Positions 38,245 through 50,339 of a stretch of 64,000 bases of DNA are shown here, piece by piece; position 1 is the first letter of the stretch, and each line of letters begins with the position of its first letter. The stretch comes from Carcharhinus amblyrhynchos. Its lineage: Eukaryota. The stretch spans positions 111,910,001 to 111,974,000 of the forward strand of contig OZ336873.1 of the NCBI GenBank assembly GCA_965287045.1, given 5' to 3'. The notes beneath the pieces were generated by a model. It saw nothing but the letters and a program-made list of their open reading frames with translations. It made no database searches and was not told the DNA's origin. A program made the translations under genes and the position numbers.

Positions 38245-39130
38245 CTCTAGCAAAATGCAATGGTGTCAAGCCATTATATAAGGTCCACAACTAATCCATG
38301 GAAGGAGCCACAAGCAAAGAAATTCAAGGCCGCAATTCTCTTGATAGCCACTGGTGGGGCATGGAAACAAGGGCAGTGTGGTTGAGGTTTCTAGTGATGA
38401 GGAGACAGATGTCTATGCCTGTCTATCTGGAGAGTTGCAGTCCCCTGTGGTAATGGCTGTTAGTCATCTCCAGATACCTCAATTAATCGAACAATTGAAG
38501 GTTTTGCCTCGGAAGGCTTCCTGCCTCTCTTTCCTCTCCTGTGTCCTCCAGATCCCTGGGATATGCCCTTTCTCTGGAGGGCACTCCTTCTCATTGCCAC
38601 TGTGCTCAACCTAATAGTCATGCCTCCCTTGTCAATTAACCTACCTTCTGAGCAGTTGGCCATCCAATTGCCCTTGGCAGCCTTGTCTCTGCTTCTCTAC
38701 TCCTAGGATGCTGGGGTGGGGTAACAACTACTTTCAAAGCATAAGCACTGAATGCCCTCTCTCCCTGACATCTGTCCAGTGCTTAGAATACCCACTTACT
38801 AAGCGTCTCATCCCCTTTTGCCCTTCTGGTCCTCTTATGGAGCCAAGTTGATGCCCTGGGACAAGAATGACTGGCTTCCCACTGGCTCCCCATTGTCACC
38901 ACCACCTTCACAAACGCAATTAAGGATGAGTAATAACTATTGGCCTAGCCAATGACACCATTATTCCAAGAATAAATTTTTGAAAACTTCAGCTGTTCTG
39001 AAATGAACAGATTCTAAAACCTGTCCACCCCTTTTAATATTCCACACTTCACCTTCCCCAAGCTCTTAATGAATTTTTAAAATAAGTTTAATTGATCTTA
39101 GTTGGAAGGAGGGCAGGTTCTTACACTGTC

Positions 39131-39463
39131 AAAGAACAAAGAACAAAGAACAACACAGCACGGGAAACAGGCCCTTTGGCCCAAAGAGCCCACGCCGCCA
39201 TTTTAACATTGTGAGTTCCCTCTTCCACCCATGACCCTTGTCTACGCTTATGGCACTCCACATTGGAAACCAGATTGAGGGGAGACTAATTTAGGGATAA
39301 TTTGTCACACCAATCAGCCTAAGAGCACATCTTTGGGGTGTGGGAGGAAACCGGTGAAAACCCACGCAAGCACGGGGAGAATGCACGAACTCCCACAGAT
39401 ACTGGCTCAAATCCATGTGTCTGCACAGCAAACAGTGATAGTCACTGAGCTGTCGTGTTGCCC
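39131..39463 (-). mobile_element. HE1-type SINE with (TTCTTTG)n tail
   Basis: (AAAGAAC)3, CAGGCCCTTTGGCCC, reverse V-domain GGGAGGAAACCGG..ACCCACGCAAGCACGGGGAGAA. Confidence 0.75.
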
Positions 39464-39789
39464 ATCAGCTGGTCCAGTTTAAGCGTACACTAACAACGTG
39501 AAGCACTAGGCTACTCTCGAAACATCCAAGAGCAGCCCTCGCACGACCCACCGCATGTATAGCCCTTGTTGGACAACAAGGCGGACCGAAGCAGCTGTGG
39601 ATTAAAAGAGAAAAACACTGTCCTCTCCCCTTCCCGCTGCTCATTATTACTGAAACCAGGATCACCATTCCCTCCAGTATATTTGGGCACCACCCCGGCC
39701 TCTGTTCTTGTTTTCTAGGGGTCCCAAAAGATTCGGCCCTAAGTGTTTAAAATAATGGAATGATGAAATTCCAGGTCAGCATTTACTGT

Positions 39790-40218
39790 TTAAAATAATT
39801 TGGCTGAAGCTTGTGGTGGAGGTGTGAAATCATACAATAGCAGAAGACATTCGGCCAGCAAGTTCCTGCTGGCTCTTTTGAGGAGAAATTCATTAGTCCA
39901 AGTTCCCCCTTTTCCTCAGTTTTACCTCTCTCCCACCCATCTTCCCTTCCTCCCATATCTCCATCTGTCAGTTTACCACCTGGTTTCAGCTTCTTTGGCC
40001 ATTCACATCTTCTCTTCTCTTTATCAGCAGCCATTAGCATGTCTCAGCCTTTCCTGTTGTTTTGACTCATCTTTCATTCCCTCAGCCTGCAGTATAAATA
40101 TCTCCCACTTTCTATGTGTTTTAGCTTCGACAAAGGGTCACTTGAACTCAAAATGTCAGCTTTTTTCTTTCCTTACAGATGCTGCCAGACCTGTTGAGAT
40201 TTTCCAGCATTTTCTTTT
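39790..40218 (+). mobile_element. Penelope-like element 3' (pLTR) fragment with a decayed hammerhead-like motif at 40123-40161
   Basis: CTGCAGTATAAAT..AGCTTCGACAAAGGGTCACTTGAACTCAAAATGTCAGCT..ACAGATGCTGCCAGACCTGTTGAGATTTTCCAGCATTTTC. Confidence 0.7.
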
Positions 40219-41372
40219 TAGGGGTCTCAAATCTTTTCCCATATCACTGCACTTTTTTCTTTATTCATATTGATTGAATTCCCTTTGAGGTTTTGACTTC
40301 ACCACCTATCAGACAGTGCTTTCCAAATGCCTGTCGTACAGTGGGTACGATCTTCCAGCTCTTCACACCACGGATATTCTGGCCCTGCCAATGGCGCACG
40401 CCTGCCTTGTGTTTCCTGATGCCTTGAGATTGGGTACAATGGGAAATTTTATTGACAGTGGCGGGATTAGAAGATCTCACCACCAGCCAACAGTGCACCA
40501 TCTTCCGCCACTGAGAAAAACATCCCGGATGGGAGGGCAGAGAATTGTGTACAAATCTTATCCTGGTCCTTAAAACTGTGCCTTTGCCAATTCCCACTTC
40601 AGCCATTGGTACCTCATACTTCCAACAATTGCTCCTGTTGTATGCCTGCTGCTCGTCTGCACTGCCTCCAATCTCTAACTCCAGACTGTGAGATCTACAT
40701 ATCCTTTGGATCGCCTGTCATCTGTGACTCCTGGAATGTCTGCACTCTGCCTGCCCCTGAACTTAAATGGGACCCTTGACCTAATTGCTGTTTCTAAAGA
40801 GGACCATGGACAATAATGAACTTCACAAATCACTGCAACCCCAAGCTGTTTAGTATCTGTGTGAACCATTCCTAATGTGCCACACCAACAGGCACCCACC
40901 CTATAAATTTCAGTTTCTGTGCATCTCCTTCCAGTAATACATGTGCCAGCTCTTAGACTCCCTTGATGTCTACATTTCATGCAGCTTCCCTTCCATCAGT
41001 TTTTCCTCTGCCTTCCATTGTTTCATCATCTATCTCTTTGCCCTTCTACCTGCCATTGTGAACCCTTGCCCTCCCTCCCACTCTTTGCATAGCCCTCCTT
41101 CTACATCACCTCCCTTGTCTTTGTCAGGCTGCTCAATCACCCCTGCCCTGCCTTGGCCTCACCTCGCACCACATCCGAGATCGAACCTTGGACCTTGTGG
41201 CGGCTGCTTGAGTCCCGCAGCACAGTGCTGTCCAGATAAACATGTGTGTGGCACTAGCAGGGGGAGGAGACCCCTGTATTCCCCAACCTCAGGCACTATG
41301 CTGATCCGAGACGGTCACACAGGAGGGCCCGTGAGTCCAGCAACAGTGTACTGTCCATGAATAAATAGATAA

Positions 41373-42178
41373 ATGGATCAATGTGAATTTATCCACTTTG
41401 GTGAGAAAAACAGAAAGGAAGATTATTATCTGAATGGTAGCAGTTTAGGAAAAGGGTAAATGCAACATGACCTGGATGTCATAGTGGAACAGCCGCTGAA
41501 GGTTGGCGTGCAGGTACAGTAGACCATGAGGAAAGCTAATGGCACACTGGCCATCATAGCAAGAGGATTTGAGTATTGGAAGAGGGATGTCTAGCTGCAG
41601 TTTTACTGGGCCTTGGTGAGACCACGCCTTGAGTAGTGTGTGCAGTTTTAGTCTCCTAGTCTGAGAAAAGACATTCTGCTATTGAGGGAGTCCAGCTAAG
41701 TTTCACCAGGCTGAATCTCAGAATGGCAGGACTGACATATGAAGGAAGACAGGATCGACTGGGCTTGTATTCACTGGAATTTAGATGAATGAGGAAGGAT
41801 CTCATAAAAACATATAGAATCCTGATGGGACTGGACAGGCTAGATGTGCGAAGAATGTTCCTGATGTTGGGGAAGTCCAGGACTAGGGGTCACAGTCTAA
41901 GAATAATGGGTAAGTCAGTCAAGACCGAGATGTGGAAGAACTTCTTCACTTAGAGAGTTGTGAACCTGTGGAATTCTCTACAGCAGAAAGCTGTTGGGGC
42001 TAATTCATTAGATATGTTCAAGAGGGAGCTGGATGTGGTCCCTGCGGCTAAAGGGATTAAGGGAGATGGAGAGAAAGCAAGGGTGGGATATTGAAAATAC
42101 ATGATCAGCCATGATCATATTGAATGGTGGTGCAGGCTAGAAGGGCTGAATAGCCTATTCCTGCACCTATTTTCTATG
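41373..42178 (+). mobile_element. CR1 LINE 3' portion, decayed
   Basis: Colinear with the other CR1 copies (GCCTTGGTGAGACCACGCCTTGAGTA..GATCAGCCATGATCATATTGAATGG..CCTATTTTCTATG). Confidence 0.9.
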
Positions 42179-42598
42179 AAGACCAGCTTGCTTTGGAGAT
42201 GGAGGGCAGAAGCAGACCTGCCCCCTGCAAGAGTGGAGAACAGCACATCAGGGGCAGCATAGCACTGTAGCAAGTAGGCCTGGCCTGGTTACGTTCACCT
42301 CAAAGTCTTTGTTGAGCTGAGGACTGCTTTGTGAACATTACTCTTTATCAATCAGGTTTTAGACTGACATCATTTCCAGCTAGCGTAATGCAAGATTAGA
42401 AAGCCAGCGGCAGCCAGCTGCTTGAATGAGCATTCATGAGACCTGCATAAATGCAAGTGGTGTCCATGCCACCAGGCAGAGAGAAAACCGTCACGCCATT
42501 AGCCTACCATCGGAAGAATTTCTACCCAATTTTAAGCCTGTGGATTCTCTGTTCCCACCTGGCACTTCCATGGGCGGGTTGAGAGAATTCCGATCACA

Positions 42599-42729
42599 GG
42601 CAGGATTTTCCAGCCATGCCCATTACCAGGATCATCTGGTCCCATCAAAATTCAATGGACTTTTGGCTGAGCTGCCAGTGACATTCTCTAAGGCAGGTCC
42701 TGCCACGACGGGACTGGAAAATTCTGGTC
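42599..42729. mobile_element. Small MITE
   Basis: GGCAGGATTTTCCAG..CTGGAAAATTCTGGTC inverted termini, flanks ACA/ATA, central TCAATGGAC core. Confidence 0.7.
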
Positions 42730-43195
42730 ATAGTAATAGTTTAGTTTCCCTGATACTTCCATGTTCACCATTATAAATTCTCCTGTCTTTGCCTGTAACG
42801 GACCCACATCTGTACTTGCATTCGAACTGCATGACTTACCCACTTTTAGTACTGCCAACTTTCCAATATTCTTCTCATATATTTAATGATAGCAGTGATG
42901 AAATATTTGGGTAATGATCTGCCTGGTCTTAAACAGGTCCCAAAAAGGTTTGAGAATGTTCCTATCCCAACAAACGAGTTTCCTTCAACTATTTAACTGA
43001 TTTAAATACTTTACCTGGATCAGTGGGTGGGTCACAATACATGACAGTGATGTTGAGGGATTTAACCATTGGGCCATAAAGCAATTCTGCCTGATCTCCC
43101 AAAAATATGCCAGCACTGCACAGCTCTTCCTCACCCTCAAAGTTAATTCAAAGAACAAAGTTGGAAATCATACATACATTATCCACTGCGAACCT

Positions 43196-43476
43196 GGGGC
43201 AGCACCGTGGCACAGTGCTTAGCACTGCAACCTCACAGCGCCAAGGCCCCAAATTCGATTCCTGGCTTGGGTCACTGTGTGGAGTTTGCAAGTTCTCCCC
43301 GTGTTGGCGTGGGTTTTCTCCTTGTGTTCCAGTTTCCTGCCACAATCTGAAAGATGTGCTGGTTAGGTGCATTGACCCGAACAGGCGCCAGAGTGCGGTG
43401 ATTAGGGGAGTTCCACAGTAACTTCTTGGCAGTGTTAATGTAAGCCTTTCCGGTCACTAATAGATAAACTTTAAAA
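43196..43476 (+). mobile_element. HE1-like V-SINE, alternative tail
   Basis: GGGGCAGCACCGTGGCACAGTGCTTAGCAC..CACAGTAACTTCTTGGCAGTGTTAATGTAAGCC. Confidence 0.9.
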
Positions 43477-44218
43477 CTGTTCTTAAGTCGTAACAACCTT
43501 TGCTCATAGATACATACACAATTAGTTGAGTTAAAATACTCAAGGAAAGAGGAGAATACATACAGATTTGAGAGTTTTGTTGCCTGATCTAAATTGTTAC
43601 ATTTCTCCATAGTCACAAGTTTGAAGATATTTTTTTAATGAGGCTGAATCTGCTGAAAACTTGCACCATAAGAATTGCTGCATCTATAACACATGACATT
43701 ATTAAAGCATGTTTGTGCTAAGAAATTATGGCATGTGTCACTTATACCATAGTTTCCTGGGACCATTACACTGTTTCACCCAGGCTGTCCCCCGAATAGT
43801 TGTCATTGCTCTAACCCTCATCAAAATCAATGGCAAGGTCATTTTTTCAAAATTAATGCCACTGTGATTGGCATTGAATTCACTCAATCAGGCAGAGAGC
43901 TCAGAATCAGTGTTTAATTACTCAGCAGTTTGCCTGAGGGGACCATCTTTACTAACTTGCTCCCAAAACCTCACTGAAATCATAAACCTCAATTCGATGA
44001 AAAAAAGTGTTCTGACAGCCTGATTTTCCCTTGACTGATATTATTTTTAAATTAACATGAGCTTGTGTGCTCAGCATGGATTGTAGCTGATAATTAAATA
44101 TGGCTAAGGATCTCACATATTCAAGACAACTCAATGCACATGGGTTTCTCCTGATTATCTTTGCATTTGAGCGCAAATTAAAGAACAACACAGCAGAGAA
44201 GGAAACCATTCAACCCAC

Positions 44219-44895
44219 TGAAGTAAGAAAAAGATGAATGCATTTTGTACCTGAAGGGAAAGGGTTAATGGATTTTGTATCGAGAATATGACACAAACAT
44301 AACCTTTTCATCATGACTGGTCTCCATTAGCTTATACTGCTCCTGGGATTAATATAAGTTATTTGTTCATGTATTACATGCTTTAACACTCATTTTTATA
44401 AAGACAGATAGTTTAATGTAGCTGTTATTTTGTAGACTTTGCAAATCTTACCTATTTGCCTTAGTTGGACATCGCTACACAGATGGTAGTTTACGATACT
44501 GGCTTTTGACGGCTGCTGATGGCAGATCGTGATACCGGCTTTTAACAGGAAGAGTCCTGCTGGGACAGCCACGATCGCACAAGTAACTTCAAAGACAGGG
44601 ACGCTGGTACTGCCGCAGAAGGAATTTCCTGTGTCCTGACTGCAGGACTGTAATTCCTGATTAACTCTGGGGCTGTATCGCAACCCAGGAAGGAAGAACT
44701 GGAGGTCTAGCAGGAATTGGAACTTTGAATGGTGATTCCTGCTGGAGCTCATAATGTATAAATGCCTACTTGTGTTTGTGTTCTGTGAGACGTCTGGTAA
44801 TCTGGGCTGGAACCAGTTTCTTCCAAAGCTTTGCAATAAAAACCATTGTATTTTGACTCACTAACAGTCTTTGAGGTATTATTTTACTTACAACA
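44219..44895 (+). mobile_element. Solo LTR (677 bp) inserted in a minus-strand CR1 3' tail (44180-44218 plus 44896-45030)
   Basis: TG..CA ends with imperfect inverted termini (TGAAGTAAGAAAA / TTTTACTTACAACA), flanks CCAC/CCAT, TATAAAT about 44757, AATAAA 44835-44840. Flanks rejoin into CR1 tail sequence (..CCATTCAACCCA|TCAAGTCCATG..). Confidence 0.8.
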
Positions 44896-45410
44896 CCATC
44901 AAGTCCATGTTTGGTCTTTAGAAAGAGCAATCCATATTAGTTCCACTCTCCTGCTCTTTCCCCAAAACCCATTAAAATGCTTTCTCCTTCAAATATTTAT
45001 CCTGTTCTTTTCTGAAGGTTACTATTGCCTATTGCTTCAACTACGTGGAACCTGACCTGGATATTCCGTTCATGTTATCAGGTCAAAGCTGTCACCCTCA
45101 ATATCATTCCTGTTAAATAACCTGTTATCCCGTTGTGTTGGCCCTGTGCATTGCAGTGAATAATTCCTCACTCCAATTGAAAGCCAGAAAATTTCATGGA
45201 AAAGCTGCTAAATTTCAGTCTAATTCAGGGGAAAGTTGCTCTCCGAACTCCAAAGTGAGTGAATCTACTTGAGGTGATCATGATTAACATGAGAAGATTT
45301 TTAACTCTTAATTGTAATGATGCCCAAGCCAGAAGCAGGTCCAACCTCTCCCTATGATTACTTACTATTTTCTGTGAAAATAAGATTGCAATATCTTAAC
45401 TAATTTGACC

Positions 45411-45712
45411 TGGTGGCACAGTGGTTAGCACTGCTGCCTCACAGCACCAGGGACCCAGGTTCAGTTGTGGCCTCAAGTGACTGTTTGAATGGAGTCTGCA
45501 CATTCTTCCCATGTCTGAGTGGGTTTCCTACAGGTGCTCCGGTTTCCTCCCACAGTACAAAGATGTGCAAGTTAGGTTGATTGCCCCTTAGTGTGTAGGC
45601 TAGGTGGATTGGCTGTGATGGATGTGCAGGGTGCAGGGATGGAACAGTGGGGTGGGCCTGGGTAAGAGGTTCTTTGTAGGGTCACTGCATACTCAAAGGG
45701 CTCCTCTCTATA
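45411..45712 (+). mobile_element. HE1 SINE
   Basis: TGGTGGCACAGTGGTTAGCACTGCTGCCTCACAGCACCAGGGACCCAGGTTC, V-domain and TTGCCCCTTAGTG. Confidence 0.88.
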
Positions 45713-46139
45713 GCTGAAACAACCTGTCCACTCAAACACAACCTATTTGTTTCATTACATTTATAAATTTTAATCAAATCACCCCAACTCCTCTAATGCA
45801 TCAAGCCCTAGCTTTTTGAGCTGATGTGGGTAACTAAGATACTTTAAATTGGGAAATCATGTTGTTCATACTCTTTCCAAATCGTTAATATGACCCAGCA
45901 TGTGAGGGGACCAAAACTGACTGCTGACGCCTTTCCTGTTAAATGGGTCCAAGCCAGATTTTGAAATACACAAAGCTTTTCCTTTTTAATATATTTATTC
46001 GCAGGAGACAGCATTACAGGATCTCTGCCTTGTAAATACTGACTGCCTATCCAAGCTGACTCTCTTTGTACTCCCTTAAATAGGACAAAAGTACTATTAA
46101 ATTAAACAAAAATGACAAGGATGACAGTCCCTGATGAGG

Positions 46140-46445
46140 CACTGTAACTTAATAACTGTCAGCGGAAACTTCAATAACTAAACCAAGACATGATTCCCAA
46201 GGGTGATGATGCACCCCAGCCATCACGGCACCCATCAGTTGCAGAAGGCCTGAAGCATGCCGGTGGACACCGTGTGCTTTCTCACCGAGACTTCCAAATG
46301 TAGCCACGGTGGAGGGCCAGAAAGTCAAGTGTGATGATCCACTAATACCATGCCTAGATCTGTTAATGGACAACTTAGCCAGGCCCAGGAACAAGCTTAC
46401 AAACAGGTCCTCATCCTTCCCTGCCCCTCTCTGTGTGACCAAAGA
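46140..46445 (-). mobile_element. Tx1/L1-clade LINE ORF2 C-terminal fragment
   Basis: RGAGKDEDLFVSLFLGLAKLSINRSR, the Tx1-like C-terminal 'LLLGLAKxAIxxSR' motif. Confidence 0.7.
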
Positions 46446-46559
46446 TTAAGATTGTCTTTATATTCTTTTAGTAAACTAAATTACATAAACTAAGGGACAA
46501 ATCAAGAGAGCAGCCCATTAAAGGAACACTGCATCAAACATAAACAAATTGAAAAGGAA

Positions 46560-46975
46560 ACTTGTAAACATTAAACCAAAATATAATTAACGGGGTTGAT
46601 TAAATATTCCAGTCCCCGTTGTGTCCACTCAGCATTAATGGCCTGGATGGTGCTGGCAGACATTGTTTAGTCTCTCCCCAAAGACACATTACTGTGAATT
46701 TAACTGCAGTAGAGAGGCACATAGTCAGGCTGGATGAATGCCTTGCTCTCTTGCCACCTGGACATGTTTATGGCAAATTTGGCCAGGCCCAGAAGCAGGC
46801 CCATGAGGAGGTCCTCCTCCTTCAGTGCTTCTCTCCGAACTGGGTCCCCATAGATCAGGAACATAGGGCTGAAGTATAAGCAAAACAGTAACAAAAGGTT
46901 TTTCATATAACAGGAAATGGGGTGTAGTCTTTTACAACTTCAATTTAAATCATTCACAGACTCCCCAGTTCTGCT
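46560..46975 (-). mobile_element. Tx1/L1-clade LINE ORF2 C-terminal fragment, second copy
   Basis: MKNLLLLFCLYFSPMFLIYGDPVRREALKEEDLLMGLLLGLAKFAINMSR. Confidence 0.75.
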
Positions 46976-46994
46976 AAAAGTTCATGTACCTTGC

Positions 46995-47504
46995 AAAGTA
47001 AAGTTTATTTATTAATCACAAGTAAGGCTTACATTAACACTGCAATGAAGTTACTGTGAAATTCCCATAGTCGCCACACTCTGGCGCCTGTTTGGGTCAA
47101 TTGTTTTATTGTGAATTTTCCTCTAAAGACACATGTGATTTTCTTCATAGCTTTACATTATTGGTTGTAAATCTTTAGACATTGCTGTATAAAATTACTA
47201 ATGTGTGCTTCCTTCACCACTGCTTTTATATTTTTCCCCTGAAGTATGAAGATACGTTCAGTATTAAACTTCCCTACAGGGATAATGCCACACTTTTTTC
47301 CAAGTTAAACTTATTATGTGAATCATGAACCTAACCAGCACATCTTTCAGACTGTGGGAGGAAACCAGAGCACCCAAAGGAAACGTAATGCGAAAACAGG
47401 GAGAATGTGCAAACTCTACACAGACAGTGACCCAGACCAGGAATTGAACCCAGGTCCCTGATGCTGTGAGGCAGCAGTCTAATCATTGTGTCACCATGCC
47501 ACCC
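46995..47504 (-). mobile_element. HE1-like V-SINE (alternative tail) split by a 231-bp insertion
   Basis: The two halves rejoin at GGGTCAAT|GAACCTAACCAGCAC; intact copies read GTCAATG(T/C)ACCTAACCAGCAC. Confidence 0.9.
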
Positions 47505-48018
47505 ATGGGAGTACAAAGCACAAAGAAAAGTATTGCACTGGAACAGGCCCTTCCAAACCGGTGCCAATCTTGGGACATTCACTGCCAATGGCATCATGGC
47601 ACGCCAAGGCATGTTCAGGCAACAGTAGAGGGCAAAGAAGTGAAGGGTGGTGATTCTCTTTATATTTGTTCTTAGTTCTTAATCAAACAATGTTCATTAC
47701 TTATGCATCTTTAATAACATAATTACTTCACACACTCACAATTAGTGTATCCAAAATCCTCCAAAAGGACAAGGGAAGTTTTGTTTTATTGTGAATTTTC
47801 CTGTAAATACACTCTCATATGTAATTTTCTTCATAGCTTTACACTATTGGTTGTAAATCTTTAGACACTGTTGTATAAAATCACCAATGTGTGCTTCCTT
47901 CACTGCTGCTTTTAATTTTTTTTCTCCCTGAAGTGTGAAGATATGCTCAGTATTTGACTTCCCTACAGGGATAATACCACACTTTTTCCCAAGTTAAATA
48001 TTATGTGAATCATGAACC
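47101..48018 (+). repeat. Direct duplication: 47101-47331 is a copy of 47781-48018
   Basis: Both begin TTGTTTTATTGTGAATTTTCCT and end TTATGTGAATCATGAACC, colinear with scattered substitutions and small indels. Confidence 0.95.
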
Positions 48019-48069
48019 CAGCATCTCAGAACAGCTAGATCTTCTTCATTCGGTTAAGTCATTGGAGCA

Positions 48070-48435
48070 TTTTTAAAAATGTATTCGCAAAATGTGAATG
48101 TCATTGGAGAGAATGGTATTTATTAACCTGTCGGATAGTGAGGGCGTTCTTGAACCACAGATAGCGGTGAGTTGCTTGCTGGGCATTCCAAAAGGCAGTT
48201 AGCCACATTGAGACTGAGACACTTATCATTCAGTGGGTCTCCTTCCCTAAACCAATTGGCTCTTTATGACAATCCAGCATCTTTATGATCAGACGTTACT
48301 GATGCCAAACATTAATGTCTGGATTTTCTTTCTAACTTGATGAAATTCTCTCATTGCCATGTTCGAATTTAAAGGACTGTTCCAGATTATTAATGAAGCC
48401 CCTGGATCATGAGTCCAGAAACAAAATGGTAACAC
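48070..48435 (-). mobile_element. Decayed SINE family B
   Basis: Reverse tail (ATTCGCAAAATGTGAATGTCATTGG..ATTTATT), CCTTCCCTAAA, AATTCTCTCATTGCCATG, CCTGGATCATGAGTCCAG. Confidence 0.55.
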
Positions 48436-49549
48436 TGGCAAATCCCTTCTAACTTTGTTTCTGAACAGCATACTTGATCGGATCAAACCAGATTGACAAG
48501 TGTGCGGTGTAAACTGCACAGATAAAAAGTAACTCCAGCCACAGAAAAACAGTTCATCATTTCTGCTTTCTTTCTGCATCAGATTTTGCAAAACCTAAAT
48601 GCATGTATTGATTAGCATACGTTAATGTTCATTGCAATTTCACATGATTAAAAATTGTTCACGGACACTTAAATGTACAGGTATACTGCTGATATAAAAA
48701 TTCACCTTGCAGCTGAAAAAAAAACTCAGTTTTCTTAAAGGGAGAGAAGAATTGCTATTTTTCTCTCTGTCAGCATTCTGCGTGAGACCTGCTTTGTTCA
48801 GTCTTAAAACCCAAGGACATGAAACACAGCTAAGCGGTGAGTCCATGAACAAACACCTCTCATTGACACAGCATGAAAGCCTATCTTTCTGCTGACTGAC
48901 TGCAATCCTCAATGCTGTCATTCATGTACAAAGACGGCAGTGATCAGGAACAGCGAATGTCAGTATTTCACTCCTGTCCAAATCTGATTAGGGTGTTGGT
49001 GTATGACATTTGAGACCTTGCAGTGAGCACCAAGTTTAAGTGAATGGACAAATTCCAGCAACGTATGTTGGATCCCTGTACTTTGAAAGTTTAATTCAGT
49101 TTTAATGTTTCTACTCTGTCCTTAACTTTTCTTTATCAAAGGAAAATTTATCACAATTGTGAGGAATGGGGGATCTTCATTAGGATGATGTGTTTTGGTT
49201 TGTCGGGGTAATCAAGGTCAGTTTGATTGTGTTGGACCCCACCCCACTGCCCCATCATAACAGCCAAAGCCAGAAGCCATCCTGTTATTGGGGAGTCACT
49301 AACATGAGGTCAGCAAGCTGTGAGGGCCAATCAGACATTTTAACACAATCTGTTAAGTTATTAGGATCTGTTTTTCACAACCCTACCAGCAGAATTGAAA
49401 TGGGCTCAGATCGGAAACTCAATGTCGCATAAAAACAACTAGGTGTAAATTCAGTTAGGATGGCTGGAGTTTTACCAACCCTTTGACGATGGGCATGGAG
49501 GTTGGAATCTGGGAAAATGTCATAGGAAGGAATTGGAGGTGAGTGTCAC

Positions 49550-49790
49550 AACATTTGACAACAAGGCAGCATTTGATTGAGTGTGGCATCAGGAAACCCT
49601 AAAACTGGAGTCAATGGGAATTAGGAGGAAAGCTTTCCTGTGGTTGGAGTCATACCTGGTAGCTTGGAGGTCAAACTCTCAGATCCAGAACATTACTGCA
49701 GGAGTTTCTGAGGGTATGTCCGAGGCCTAATCATCTTCAGCTACTTCATCCATGCTGTTCCTTCCATTATATGGTCAGAAGTGGAATTAT
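49550..49790 (+). mobile_element. LINE family B RT fragment
   Basis: DNKAAFD..WHQE..WLESYL..ITAGVSEG..IIFSYFI motifs; the family tail reappears at about 50275-50330. Confidence 0.7.
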
Positions 49791-49795
49791 TGAAG

Positions 49796-50265
49796 TGTGA
49801 AGTATCACTTTGGGAAAGACTTAAATCACAACAGTGATTAATTGAAGCAAAGTTATAACTATAAACAAACAAGCTCAGTGCAGATACAGGTCTATTTTCA
49901 CTGACTTCCAGACTCACATTGAAGATTCCCTCCTACCAAAGCCATGCCCTAACAGGCGACGACAGTTCATCCACTTCCTTCTGATAGGCCCCAGGAGGTT
50001 CATGTGACCCACGAACACCAGCCTCTTAAAGGGGCCACACTTCCACATTCCTCCCCCCCTTAAGTTCCTTTAAAATGACACAGGCAAGAATTCTTAGATA
50101 CAGATACATGCAATCAAGATAGAATTTGCAAAGAGGAGCCATTTGGCAAAGGTCCGAAAGCCAGTTGCACTTTGGAGCATGGCAACTCTGCAGCTGGATT
50201 CTCCAAGCTGGGGCACACAAGAATGGTAGGTGAGTCAAGAGATTCCGATGGTGAACAAGGGCTGG
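49796..50265 (-). mobile_element. LTR retrotransposon (Gypsy-like) 3' end: internal remnant, polypurine tract and 252-bp LTR
   Basis: On the minus strand TTAAGGGGGGGAGGAA (50048-50063) directly abuts TGTGGAAG (from 50047); the LTR ends ..CTTCACA at 49796. Confidence 0.75.
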
Positions 50266-50339
50266 TACCCTCTTGTCAATAAATGCTGGTCGAGTCAGCT
50301 TTGCCCATATCCCATTTATGAATAAAATAAAGGAATGGC

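Noticed and set aside
38350-38900. Possible further Harbinger transposase C-terminal remnant
   Set aside because: Only a faint SALQ-like motif; too degraded to support.
48474-48594. Possible minus-strand exon (tttag|GTTTTG..TCAA|gtatgc)
   Set aside because: Weak polypyrimidine tract, unrecognisable peptide, no linked exons.
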